Below the pieces are notes generated by a model. It made no database searches, was not told where the DNA came from, and saw only the letters and a list, made by a program, of their open reading frames with translations. A stretch of DNA of 48,758 nucleotides from an uncultured Flavobacteriaceae bacterium (GTDB taxonomy: Bacteria; Bacteroidota; Bacteroidia; Flavobacteriales; Flavobacteriaceae), in NCBI GenBank assembly GCA_937923735.1, contig CALDUJ010000069.1:1-48758 (forward strand). Reading direction: 5' to 3'. The translations under genes were made by a program, and so were the position numbers. Position 1 is the stretch's first letter, and every line of letters starts with the position of its first letter. Shown piece after piece: positions 1 through 8,476 of the stretch.

Positions 1-1491
1 ATTAAATGTCGCAATGCCATTAGTAAACCCTTCAATGAAAAAGCCTTGTCCAGAAGCAATTATCCCGGTTGGAGGTGTCCCTCCTGTTACGGCAGCCACA
101 CCACCAGTTCCAGGATTAAAAGAAGCATAATCATCAACAGAAAAATTAAGATTATCTGGACCTGGGTTTGCTCCTAATGGAACAGAGTTATGAGTCCATA
201 AATAAATAGTCCCATCTAAAATTGCTGTATTTGCTGGATCTGTTAAAAAGGTGGTTGCATTTAATCCAGAGGGATAAGGATTACCTAAAAGATTCCAATT
301 GGGATCTCCAGGAGCTGCACTAACTGTTACAGCAGTTGTAATAACACCTGTGTTGAACTCTCCATCGAAATTATACGTTTGTGTTTGGGGGTAAGCCATA
401 GCATTGCTTTGAGCAAATGCAGCATACCCTCTACCTGGAATCATTGCTCCGGATGCTACTGCCCAATCATCAGAGTTGTCATCAAAACCAAAAGGTGCAA
501 CCAAGTCTTCAAAGTTAGCAGCATCATACTCAAATATTCTATTGGCAGGAACTAAATCCATACCACTTCCTACTTCTCCAATTATTTCGTTTACAAAAGG
601 TGAACTCCAATAGGTATAACTGAAATATGCTTGTAAAGGTGTTGTTGTCTTTTGCACACTACCAACACCTGTTCCTGCCAGAATTACTGCAGAAGCATCA
701 TTAATTTGTACTAAGTTGGCTTCTGAAGCTACAATGATATCCGCATTATTTATTGTTATGTCATTAGTGACTTGAACATAATCAGTCCCGTTAATATTTA
801 AATCAGCATTTATTGTAAGGCTACAGGCTTCAAAACTTCCTCCATTTACTGCTGTATCGTAAGGAGCATCAATAACAACTCCATAAGTATTGTCAGGTAA
901 GGCTGGTATCCATGTGCCATTCCATGTAGTAATTAAAGAGCAGTCTGGTGTTACAGATCCATTAAATGTAAAATCGTTTATGCTATACGTTCCTGCAGCA
1001 GAACTTGCCCCCCACGCATATACTCTAAATGTTATTGGGGCATTTATATCTTGATAAGCTATAGCTGTTAAATCTATTGTAGTTCCATTAATTAGAGGGA
1101 CTCCAATATTACCTGTAAAGCCATCTAAACTAGACCTTAACAAGATATTTGTTGGTCCAGTACCGGAAGCCTGTCCAGTATACACAAAGCTTACAAAATC
1201 GATTTCGTAACCTAGATTGGGAGTAATAGTGAACTCAAAATATGCTGTATTATCAAAAGCTATAGTATTCCACCCTCTAGCATTATATCTATTGAGGCCT
1301 GCGTTACCTAGTATTCCAGCTCCTCTTCCAATACCACTAGCTGTAATATTAGCATCAACACCTTGTCCTGTTACAAATGGATTAGCTAAGCTTGGATTAG
1401 GATCAGTTATGGGGTTATTGAATATTGATTGTCCAAAACAGAAACTACTTAATAATAAAACAAAATATAATATGTAGTATTTCTTTTTCAT
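1..1491 (-). CDS. Secreted cell-surface protein, N-terminal 497 aa. The 3' end lies beyond the left window edge, and the gene is absent from the supplied ORF track because no stop codon is in the window.
   Basis: My own reverse-strand translation from ATG (1491-1489) gives MKKKYYILYFVLLLSSFCFGQSIFNNPITDPN..., a signal peptide, and stays open in frame to position 1. It shares a conserved module (YWSSP, LxGNPYPSxL, GTIxLW, GQGFF) with the protein at 33296-37435. Confidence 0.8.
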   Translation of the reverse strand, partial: MKKKYYILYFVLLLSSFCFGQSIFNNPITDPNPSLANPFVTGQGVDANITASGIGRGAGILGNAGLNRYNARGWNTIAFDNTAYFEFTITPNLGYEIDFVSFVYTGQASGTGPTNILLRSSLDGFTGNIGVPLINGTTIDLTAIAYQDINAPITFRVYAWGASSAAGTYSINDFTFNGSVTPDCSLITTWNGTWIPALPDNTYGVVIDAPYDTAVNGGSFEACSLTINADLNINGTDYVQVTNDITINNADIIVASEANLVQINDASAVILAGTGVGSVQKTTTPLQAYFSYTYWSSPFVNEIIGEVGSGMDLVPANRIFEYDAANFEDLVAPFGFDDNSDDWAVASGAMIPGRGYAAFAQSNAMAYPQTQTYNFDGEFNTGVITTAVTVSAAPGDPNWNLLGNPYPSGLNATTFLTDPANTAILDGTIYLWTHNSVPLGANPGPDNLNFSVDDYASFNPGTGGVAAVTGGTPPTGIIASGQGFFIEGFTNGIATFN

Positions 1492-1531
1492 AATTTGGGA
1501 TTATATTTAATACTTATATCTATCTTCCCTT

Positions 1532-2008
1532 TTGTTGAACACTTCTAAAACATATTCTCTAGACGAAGCCAGAAAAAAACTGGAATATTATTGTTCGTAT
1601 CAAGAACGTTGTCATAAAGAAGTTGAACAAAAGTTAAGAAGCATGAAAATGATTCCTGAAGCAAGAAACATTATCATCCTCCATCTATTGGAAAACAACT
1701 ATCTAAATGAAGAACGTTTCGCCAAAACATTTACAAGAGGTAAATTCAAAATCAAGAAATGGGGACGTCGCCGATTAATCTTAGAATTAAGAAAAAAAGG
1801 CATAAGTAAAGTTAATATAAATCTGGCGCTTAAGGAAATAGAAGACGCTGAGTATATCGAGGTTTTTAATGAATTGAGCGAAAAAAAGGCAAAATCGCTA
1901 CGGGAAAATAGTAAATTAAAGAAAAAGAGGAAGTTACAGGATTATTTACTATATCGAGGCTGGGAGACTCATTTGGTGTATGATAGGGTGAATGAATTAA
2001 TAAAATAA
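1532..2008 (+). CDS. recX: RecX family regulatory protein (TTG start)
   Basis: 158 aa. The pattern LEYYCSYQERCHKEVEQKL ... LLENNYLNEERFA ... KWGRRRLILELRKKGI is the typical three-repeat RecX pattern. Confidence 0.8.
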   Translation: MLNTSKTYSLDEARKKLEYYCSYQERCHKEVEQKLRSMKMIPEARNIIILHLLENNYLNEERFAKTFTRGKFKIKKWGRRRLILELRKKGISKVNINLALKEIEDAEYIEVFNELSEKKAKSLRENSKLKKKRKLQDYLLYRGWETHLVYDRVNELIK

Positions 2009-2020
2009 TAAAAAATTATA

Positions 2021-2629
2021 ATGAGAATAATCCTATCATTAGTGCTTAGCATTTGTCTAATCACTTCATGCAAAGAAAAAGTTAATGAAAAGAAAGAAAT
2101 TGCAAAAAAAGAAACCAAAAAATCAGTAGAAACTCAAGAATTCTGGAATCACTTAAAAAAGCTTTGCGGCAAATCTTTTGAAGGCATTTTAGAGCTTCCT
2201 GAAAACGATGAACAATTTGGCGGTAAAAAACTCGTCATGCATGTGCGTTCTTGTAATGATAGCATTATAAAGATTCCTTTCTTCGTTGGTGATGATAAAT
2301 CAAGAACATGGGTATTAAAATTAAAAGACAATCGCATCTCTTTAAAGCACGACCATAGACATGAAGATGGGTCGGAAGACGAGATTACGCAATATGGAGG
2401 CGTCACCACGAACTCTGGACAGTCTTCCTTGCAGGTTTTTTCGGCCGATGAAGGCACTAAAAAAATGATTCCTGCAGCGTCATCAAATACCTGGTGGATA
2501 ACTTTAGATAACAAACAATTTACCTATAACTTAAGACGACTGGGAACGCCTCGGGTATTTAGAGTGACTTTTGATTTGACTAAAACTATCGAAAATCCAG
2601 AAGCTCCCTGGGGTTGGAAGGATAATTAA
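2021..2629 (+). CDS. Hypothetical lipoprotein
   Basis: 202 aa. N-terminus MRIILSLVLSICLITSC has a signal peptide and lipobox Cys. No family recognised. Confidence 0.65.
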   Translation: MRIILSLVLSICLITSCKEKVNEKKEIAKKETKKSVETQEFWNHLKKLCGKSFEGILELPENDEQFGGKKLVMHVRSCNDSIIKIPFFVGDDKSRTWVLKLKDNRISLKHDHRHEDGSEDEITQYGGVTTNSGQSSLQVFSADEGTKKMIPAASSNTWWITLDNKQFTYNLRRLGTPRVFRVTFDLTKTIENPEAPWGWKDN

Positions 2630-3492
2630 ATATTTACTTTACGATTTGTTCTTACAATAGCTTGCTCATTTTTCCAATCTATCCATTTTTGACCTTTAAT
2701 GCGACGCATCAGATTATCGTAATTACGCATGATAAATACATTATAAATGGCCTTTCCCAGATGTTTAGGGTTTCTCGCGATGGCTCTCAAACTCATTGAA
2801 AAACCAGACGTAATATAACGCATATAGTGCCAATAACCTTCGGGCATGTATAGCACATTACCATGCTCCAAGTTTGTGATATATCCTTTTGCATTTTTAA
2901 GTGCTGGCCATTTTTTAAAATCCGGATTATTAAAATCAATGTCTTCTCGAACAATTAACGAATGAGGAATTTTGTACAGATACTTGTTCTGCTTTTGGTC
3001 AAATAGAATACACTGTTTCTTGCCTTCGAAATGAAAATGAAAAATATTCGCCAAATCTATGTCATAGTGCATAAATGTGTGCGAGTCCGTCCCTCCAAAA
3101 AATAGCATTGGTAAACCTTTCATGAGTCGTAATCCAAAATCAGGGAATGTAAAATCCTTTTGGAGCTGTGGTACTTCCTTTAAAATATTCCAAAGAAAAA
3201 TTCTGAATTTAGTTGGTTCTCGCTTCAATAAATCAACATACTCGCTCATCTTCATCTTGGCATGTGGTTCGTTAAAACCATCTTTATAGTCAACTGGACG
3301 GTCATCGTAAAGTGGTACAATTTTATCTCCAGCGACTTCTTTCATATAGTCCAAATTCCATTTAGTATAGGCGGGCCAATCATTAACAAACTCTTCAATA
3401 ACAACTGGTTTTTGTGGTTTGAAGTAGTTTTTAATGAAATCTTCTTTGGTAATGGTTTTTACCCTTGGTATGTCTTGAAGGTTCAGTTTCAA
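2626..3492 (-). CDS. Cupin-like / JmjC-domain protein (putative Fe(II)/2-oxoglutarate oxygenase)
   Basis: 288 aa. It has an HxD...H facial triad candidate (MHYD at about residues 141-144, WHY at about residue 222) and the N-terminal WPAxxKW motif typical of bacterial JmjC/cupin-8 proteins. Confidence 0.75.
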   Translation of the reverse strand: MKLNLQDIPRVKTITKEDFIKNYFKPQKPVVIEEFVNDWPAYTKWNLDYMKEVAGDKIVPLYDDRPVDYKDGFNEPHAKMKMSEYVDLLKREPTKFRIFLWNILKEVPQLQKDFTFPDFGLRLMKGLPMLFFGGTDSHTFMHYDIDLANIFHFHFEGKKQCILFDQKQNKYLYKIPHSLIVREDIDFNNPDFKKWPALKNAKGYITNLEHGNVLYMPEGYWHYMRYITSGFSMSLRAIARNPKHLGKAIYNVFIMRNYDNLMRRIKGQKWIDWKNEQAIVRTNRKVNI

Positions 3493-3542
3493 ATCTATAT
3501 ACTTTACACAAGTAAATTTAATAAAACGTTACAAAATCAAGT

Positions 3543-5360
3543 TTATTTAAAAGCATACTTTAATCCAAACAACACATTCCCTTTTGGCATTGGTACAAAT
3601 CCTGTCTCAATAAAATCTGCGTTAAAGATGTTATTTGCAATTACCGATGCCTCAAAATCTTTAATATCCCAAATAATACTTGCATCCCATACATTATAAC
3701 TCAATCCTGCAGTACGCTCAGCATGCTTGTAAACAATACTTTGAGTTACATTTTTTAGAAATTGAGATTGGTAAGTTAGTGCAAAATGATGCTTTAATGA
3801 ATTAATCGAGTACCTCGAAAAATTGAGATTTAAGTCCTTAACCTCATCTTCAATAAACGTATACGACCCTCTTATCTGTTGATTAAAGCTATTCATTTCA
3901 AAATTATAAGATCCGCTAGCCTCAAAACCTTTGCTATTAACATCTCTAATGTTTGTTGCTTGAAATAAATCATCTTCATTTTCCTTTACATAGTCTATTA
4001 TCTTATCTGAGTCTCTATTAAAAAAAGCTAAGTTTGCGTTGAATCCATTATTAGCATATTTTAAACCTAACTCTTGAGCAAATGCTTCCTCTGGCTCTAA
4101 ATCAGGATTCCCAAGAGTTGCAGGGTCACTGTAAAACAAATCGGTATATGTCGGGATTCTGTAAGTATACCCAACGTTTCCATAAAGCTTTAAGTTATTG
4201 TTTACTTTATATCCAATATCCAATCCGGGGAACGCGTGAAACTTAAAATCCGAAAAATAATTAACTGCTATACCTGGCGTAATATCCAACTTATCGTCTG
4301 CTAATTTAAAACGATGCTCGACAAAAAGATTGGTCATAAATCGGTCTCTTTGTCCTAAATTATTACTCGAAATACCAACTTTCGCTACATCAATTCCAAA
4401 TCCAGTAATGCCGGCATTAGAAGTATATGAAGCATTAACATCAAACCCAACTTTATTGGTTATATGAAAGTTTCTATAAAAATCAGGGTCTTCACGACGT
4501 AGCAAAAACATATCCTGATTTCTTCTCCAATATACTTGCGGCTTGATGGTAAGGTTCCCTTTCCTTAATTTAGACTGAAAACTCAACAAACTTCCTTGTG
4601 TTTCTTCATACTCGAAGAATGTAGGATTTGTGGTGTAGAAGTTTTGCGCCCCAAACTTTCTATCAGAAAAAGAGGCAATCATCTTTATAGGTGTCTTGTT
4701 CTTATTGAACGTGCTTTTTATAAAGTAATTCTTATTATCATAATCACTATTCAGTCGATGTCCGTCAGAAGTATTTTGTGAAAAATGAACAATATGAGAG
4801 GCTCTAGCATATTCAGCCCCAACAGTTACTGCTGCATTTTGTTGTCCATAAGAACCGCCCTGTATCTCCCCTGTAATTAAGTTGTCCATGGCTTTCTTGG
4901 TTACAATATTAATAGCACCAGTAAATGCGTTCTGTCCGAAGACTCTTGCCGCTGGTCCTTTAATAATTTCAATACGTTCAATAACTTCTATTGGCAAGGC
5001 TAAATTCATAGTATGATGCCCAGTTTGTGCATCTTCAACTTTTATCCCATCTATAAGCAATAGTGTTTGATCAAAACTCCCTCCACGAATATAGAGGTCA
5101 GCTTGCATGCCGTTAGTACCACGCTGTCTTATGTCCACACCAGCAAACTGCTGCAATAATCCTGCAACACTAGTAGCAGCACTTTGCTTAATGTCTTCGG
5201 AAGAAATAACAGTTATAGTTCGAGAGTTTTCTGAAAAAGGAAGGTCAATTCTACTAGATGTAATAACTACGGAATCCAGTGTTTGTTGTACTTGCTGGTC
5301 TTGTGCAAAAGACACTGAAAATATTGCTATAAAAAACAGTGCAACTATTGATTTGTTCAT
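3543..5360 (-). CDS. TonB-dependent receptor (small, BtuB/siderophore-size class)
   Basis: 605 aa. Signal peptide, TonB-box-like DSVVITSS, plug motifs (IRGGSFDQTLLLIDGIKV, IEIIKGPAARVFGQNAFTGAINIVTKK) and a beta-barrel-like C-terminus. Confidence 0.9.
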   Translation of the reverse strand: MNKSIVALFFIAIFSVSFAQDQQVQQTLDSVVITSSRIDLPFSENSRTITVISSEDIKQSAATSVAGLLQQFAGVDIRQRGTNGMQADLYIRGGSFDQTLLLIDGIKVEDAQTGHHTMNLALPIEVIERIEIIKGPAARVFGQNAFTGAINIVTKKAMDNLITGEIQGGSYGQQNAAVTVGAEYARASHIVHFSQNTSDGHRLNSDYDNKNYFIKSTFNKNKTPIKMIASFSDRKFGAQNFYTTNPTFFEYEETQGSLLSFQSKLRKGNLTIKPQVYWRRNQDMFLLRREDPDFYRNFHITNKVGFDVNASYTSNAGITGFGIDVAKVGISSNNLGQRDRFMTNLFVEHRFKLADDKLDITPGIAVNYFSDFKFHAFPGLDIGYKVNNNLKLYGNVGYTYRIPTYTDLFYSDPATLGNPDLEPEEAFAQELGLKYANNGFNANLAFFNRDSDKIIDYVKENEDDLFQATNIRDVNSKGFEASGSYNFEMNSFNQQIRGSYTFIEDEVKDLNLNFSRYSINSLKHHFALTYQSQFLKNVTQSIVYKHAERTAGLSYNVWDASIIWDIKDFEASVIANNIFNADFIETGFVPMPKGNVLFGLKYAFK

Positions 5361-5388
5361 TATTTTTTGATTGTTTAGTATAAGCCGT

Positions 5389-5396
5389 CAAAAATA
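5389..5396 (-). promoter_or_regulatory. Candidate Bacteroidota -7 promoter box TATTTTTG for the TonB-dependent receptor gene
   Basis: The reverse complement of caaaaata matches TAnnTTTG exactly. It lies 29 nt upstream of the ATG at 5360. Confidence 0.4.
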
Positions 5397-5573
5397 AATA
5401 AACCCATTTATTTGGCAAGTTTATGGTTGTTAATATTGTCTTTCTTGTTTAGTGATTATCTTAGTGGGAAAATAATCATACAAATGAAATGAGCCATAAC
5501 TATTCTTTGTACCCACCGAAATGTTTAATGGCGAATTACATCTGACTGGTAAAAAACAATAAAATTTAAACAG

Positions 5574-7385
5574 ATGAAAAACATCTTTCTTCTCTTAGCA
5601 TTTGTTTCAATCTTAAGCTGCAATGCTTCAAAAACTGAAAGTTCCGTTGCACATAATAAAACCAAGGCAAACTTCATTTCATCCGTATATGAAATTTCTT
5701 TTGAGAATGCTGTGCATCATGAAGCTGAAATACATGCAAAATTCAACAATCTTAAAACTGACGAAGTAGAATTTAGAATGAGTAGAACATCTCCTGGGCG
5801 CTACGCTTTACATGAATTTATGAAGAACGTTTATGCTGTTAAAGTAACCGATGGTAAAGGAAATGAATTAAAGACAACACGTCCTGACCCCTATTCCTGG
5901 AAAGTAAACGGACATGATGGTACTTTAAAAGTAAGTTACACACTGTTTGCCAATCGCGGCGGTGGCACCTATGCTCAAATAGACGAAACCCATGCGCATC
6001 TTAATATCCCCGCAACCTTTATATATGTTCCTAGTTTAGCGAATGACGGTATAAAGGTGACATTCAATACCCGAAATGACCTGAACTGGAAAATAGCTAC
6101 ACAACTAAAATCTATAGGAAACAATACATATTATGCCAAGAATCTTCAGTATTTTATGGATAGTCCGACGGAGATCAGTAACCACAGTATTCGTTCTTTC
6201 GATGTAAAAGGACAATCCATAAATTTTGTATTACACCATAATGGCACAGAAGCTGAATTAGACCAATACTTCGAGAAAGTAAAGAAAGTTGTCTTGCAAC
6301 AAGAAGCTATTTACGGCGAGCTTCCAAAATACGATTATGGAGCATACACTTTCTTGGCATGTTATATTCCTAATGCTTCAGGAGATGGTATGGAACATCG
6401 TAACTCAACTATCTTAACAAGTACACGAAGTTTAGCAAATGGCGGTTTAGAGCGCAATTTAGGAACCGTTTCGCATGAGTTTTTTCATTGTTGGAATGTA
6501 GAGCGCATAAGACCACAATCTTTGGAACCTTTTGATTTCGAAGAAGCTAATATGAGTGGCGAACTTTGGTTTGCTGAAGGTTTTACGAGTTATTATGATG
6601 ACTTGACTATTTGTAGAGCAGGACTGACAAGTCAAGAAGATTACATTAAAAATTTAACAGGTACTTTTAACTATGTATGGAATTCGCCAGGAAGGCAATT
6701 CTTCAATCCAATCGAAATGAGCTACCAAGCACCTTTTGTGGATGCTGCCCGTTCGGTAGACCCAGTAAACAGAACTAATACCTTTATTTCTTACTATTCC
6801 TATGGAAGTGCTTTAGCATTGGCTCTCGATTTATCATTAAGAGAAAAAGGCTTAAATCTTGACGACTATATGAAATTGGTATGGAATGCCTTCGGCAAGA
6901 ATGAAGCACCTTATACAGTTACAGACTTACACAAAACCTTAAACACTTATGCTGGAAAAACCTTTGGAGATGATTTCTTTAATAATTACATCTACAAAAG
7001 CGGTATGCCAGACATGAAACATTTATTTAGCACGGTTGGTGTTTCCTTGATTCAACCAAAAGATAAAATCCGCTTTGGTGCTACGGTAAGAGATGGCGTT
7101 TTAGGGAGCGTTACTATGGGAACTTCTGCTTATAATGCTGGGCTTGAAAGTGGCGACAAACTAATACAAATTGGAGAGTATCTTGTAAGCAAAGAGTTAG
7201 ACATAAATGCGATTCTGAATAAGTATGCCATTGGAGATAAAGCTAAAGTAATATATGAGCGTTATGGAAGTAAGAAGGAAACAATAATTAAGTTTTTAGC
7301 AAATAATGCGTATACAATTTCATTAGACAAGAACTCTGATGCTAAGAAGAATGAAAGAGACGCTTGGTTGAGTTCTAAATATTAG
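5574..7385 (+). CDS. M61 family glycyl aminopeptidase with C-terminal PDZ domain
   Basis: 603 aa. Signal peptide, HEFFHCWNVERIRP zinc motif characteristic of M61, and a PDZ-like GLESGDKLIQIGEY near the C-terminus. Confidence 0.85.
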   Translation: MKNIFLLLAFVSILSCNASKTESSVAHNKTKANFISSVYEISFENAVHHEAEIHAKFNNLKTDEVEFRMSRTSPGRYALHEFMKNVYAVKVTDGKGNELKTTRPDPYSWKVNGHDGTLKVSYTLFANRGGGTYAQIDETHAHLNIPATFIYVPSLANDGIKVTFNTRNDLNWKIATQLKSIGNNTYYAKNLQYFMDSPTEISNHSIRSFDVKGQSINFVLHHNGTEAELDQYFEKVKKVVLQQEAIYGELPKYDYGAYTFLACYIPNASGDGMEHRNSTILTSTRSLANGGLERNLGTVSHEFFHCWNVERIRPQSLEPFDFEEANMSGELWFAEGFTSYYDDLTICRAGLTSQEDYIKNLTGTFNYVWNSPGRQFFNPIEMSYQAPFVDAARSVDPVNRTNTFISYYSYGSALALALDLSLREKGLNLDDYMKLVWNAFGKNEAPYTVTDLHKTLNTYAGKTFGDDFFNNYIYKSGMPDMKHLFSTVGVSLIQPKDKIRFGATVRDGVLGSVTMGTSAYNAGLESGDKLIQIGEYLVSKELDINAILNKYAIGDKAKVIYERYGSKKETIIKFLANNAYTISLDKNSDAKKNERDAWLSSKY

Positions 7386-7390
7386 AATAA

Positions 7391-7423
7391 TATTGTTTTT
7401 CAGTATTAAATTATTGTTTTTCA
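7391..7423 (+). repeat. Two identical 12-nt direct repeats TATTGTTTTTCA (7391-7402 and 7412-7423, 21-nt period). An inverted partial copy AAACAATAA lies at 7450-7458.
   Basis: Read directly from the intergenic sequence between the M61 peptidase stop and the first DUF2975 gene. Confidence 0.6.
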
Positions 7424-7433
7424 ATAATTTTTA

Positions 7434-7441
7434 TATATTTG
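7434..7441 (+). promoter_or_regulatory. Candidate -7 promoter box TATATTTG for the DUF2975/HTH/umuCD cluster
   Basis: Exact match to TAnnTTTG, 28 nt upstream of the ATG at 7469. ATTG ends 17 nt upstream at 7416 and is a possible -33 element. Confidence 0.45.
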
Positions 7442-7468
7442 TTATCGTTAAACAATAATATTATAATT

Positions 7469-7975
7469 ATGAAATCTGCAAAAACATTACATTCTATACT
7501 TAGTATAATAATCTATTTAATTTTACTAGTAATCGCCGTTGGTATTATTATGCTTGTTTTATTTTTAACTGGTATTCTGGACACATCAACCATTTTTAAT
7601 GATATTACTGAATACCTAAAAGACCCTAGTCTTTATGTTTTCATGGGGTTGATTCTCATTGTTTATGGCATATTTGTCTACGGACTATGTCAATTGCGCG
7701 CGGCGGCTAAGGGGTTTATTTCTCACCAGTTCTATGATATAAATCATTTGAAAAATTTATCAATTGCAGGAAAATGCTTTGTACTAACTGGCACATTTGC
7801 ATGGTTGTTTGATGGTTTAAGCTCTATTTATTTTCAGAGCAAGTTTAGCTTGTCCATGAATGATAAAACCTTCATGTATTTATTTATAATAGCAATTGGG
7901 TTATTTATAATGATTATTGGTCAAGCGTTAAACGATGCTAGACAACTAAAAGAGGAAAACGAATTAACTATTTGA
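7469..7975 (+). CDS. DUF2975-type small multi-pass membrane protein, paralog 1
   Basis: 168 aa from the ATG at 7469; the track start at 7439 would sit on top of the -7 box. About 4 hydrophobic helices and a C-terminal ...LKEENELTI. It is followed in the cluster by a YozG-like HTH, the usual DUF2975 partner. Confidence 0.75.
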   Translation: MKSAKTLHSILSIIIYLILLVIAVGIIMLVLFLTGILDTSTIFNDITEYLKDPSLYVFMGLILIVYGIFVYGLCQLRAAAKGFISHQFYDINHLKNLSIAGKCFVLTGTFAWLFDGLSSIYFQSKFSLSMNDKTFMYLFIIAIGLFIMIIGQALNDARQLKEENELTI

Positions 7976-7976
7976 T

Positions 7977-8474
7977 ATGAAAAAACTAAAAATTATAATA
8001 TATATACTATTTGGTGCTTTACTTATTGGACTGCTTGTAAACTCTATAATCTCTATTTCAGGATTACTCTTTGAGAATGATATATTGAATGTTGGTCATT
8101 TTACAGAAAAGGATGTACCATTTTACTTAAAAATTATTGCCATATTAAAATTAGTAACACTCCTTCTATTTTGTGTTGGTATATATTACCTAATAAAAAT
8201 TCTGAAAATGTTTACTCAAGGACTTTATTTTTCGAATAGTTTGGAAGAATTATTTAGACAATCTGGCAGGTATTTAATCTTATCAGGAAGTTTAGGTTTT
8301 TTATTAAATCTTACACCATTTATTATTCAAGATTTTAAATATATAATGTACTTAAACTTCGATTCAAAAAGCTTATACATTGCTCTAACAATCATTGGGT
8401 TATTTTTTTATGCCTTTAGCAGAATAATCAATCAAGGAAATTTTTTAAAACAAGAAAACGAACTAACTATTTAA
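7977..8474 (+). CDS. DUF2975-type small multi-pass membrane protein, paralog 2
   Basis: 165 aa with the same architecture and a C-terminal ...LKQENELTI. It starts 1 nt after the previous stop. Confidence 0.75.
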   Translation: MKKLKIIIYILFGALLIGLLVNSIISISGLLFENDILNVGHFTEKDVPFYLKIIAILKLVTLLLFCVGIYYLIKILKMFTQGLYFSNSLEELFRQSGRYLILSGSLGFLLNLTPFIIQDFKYIMYLNFDSKSLYIALTIIGLFFYAFSRIINQGNFLKQENELTI

Positions 8475-8476
8475 TA

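Noticed and set aside
1217-1477. 86-aa plus-strand ORF listed in the track
   Set aside because: It lies inside the 497-codon reverse-strand open frame (1-1491), which has a signal peptide and a paralog elsewhere in the window. The plus-strand ORF is a shadow frame.
3077-3699. Plus-strand ORFs 3077-3289 and 3262-3699 overlapping the cupin and TonB-receptor genes
   Set aside because: They lie antisense to two genes with strong family signatures. Their composition (Phe/Ile/Asn-rich) is what the reverse frame of AT-rich coding DNA gives.
5361-5573. Possible cobalamin, TPP or other riboswitch in the 213-nt region upstream of the 605-aa TonB-dependent receptor, plus a 5-mer pseudoknot-like pattern (GTGGG..GCCAT..CCCAC..ATGGC)
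   Set aside because: I could not find a B12-box-like or TPP-like conserved core on either strand. The complementary 5-mers are too short to distinguish from chance. The region is better explained as two divergent promoters.
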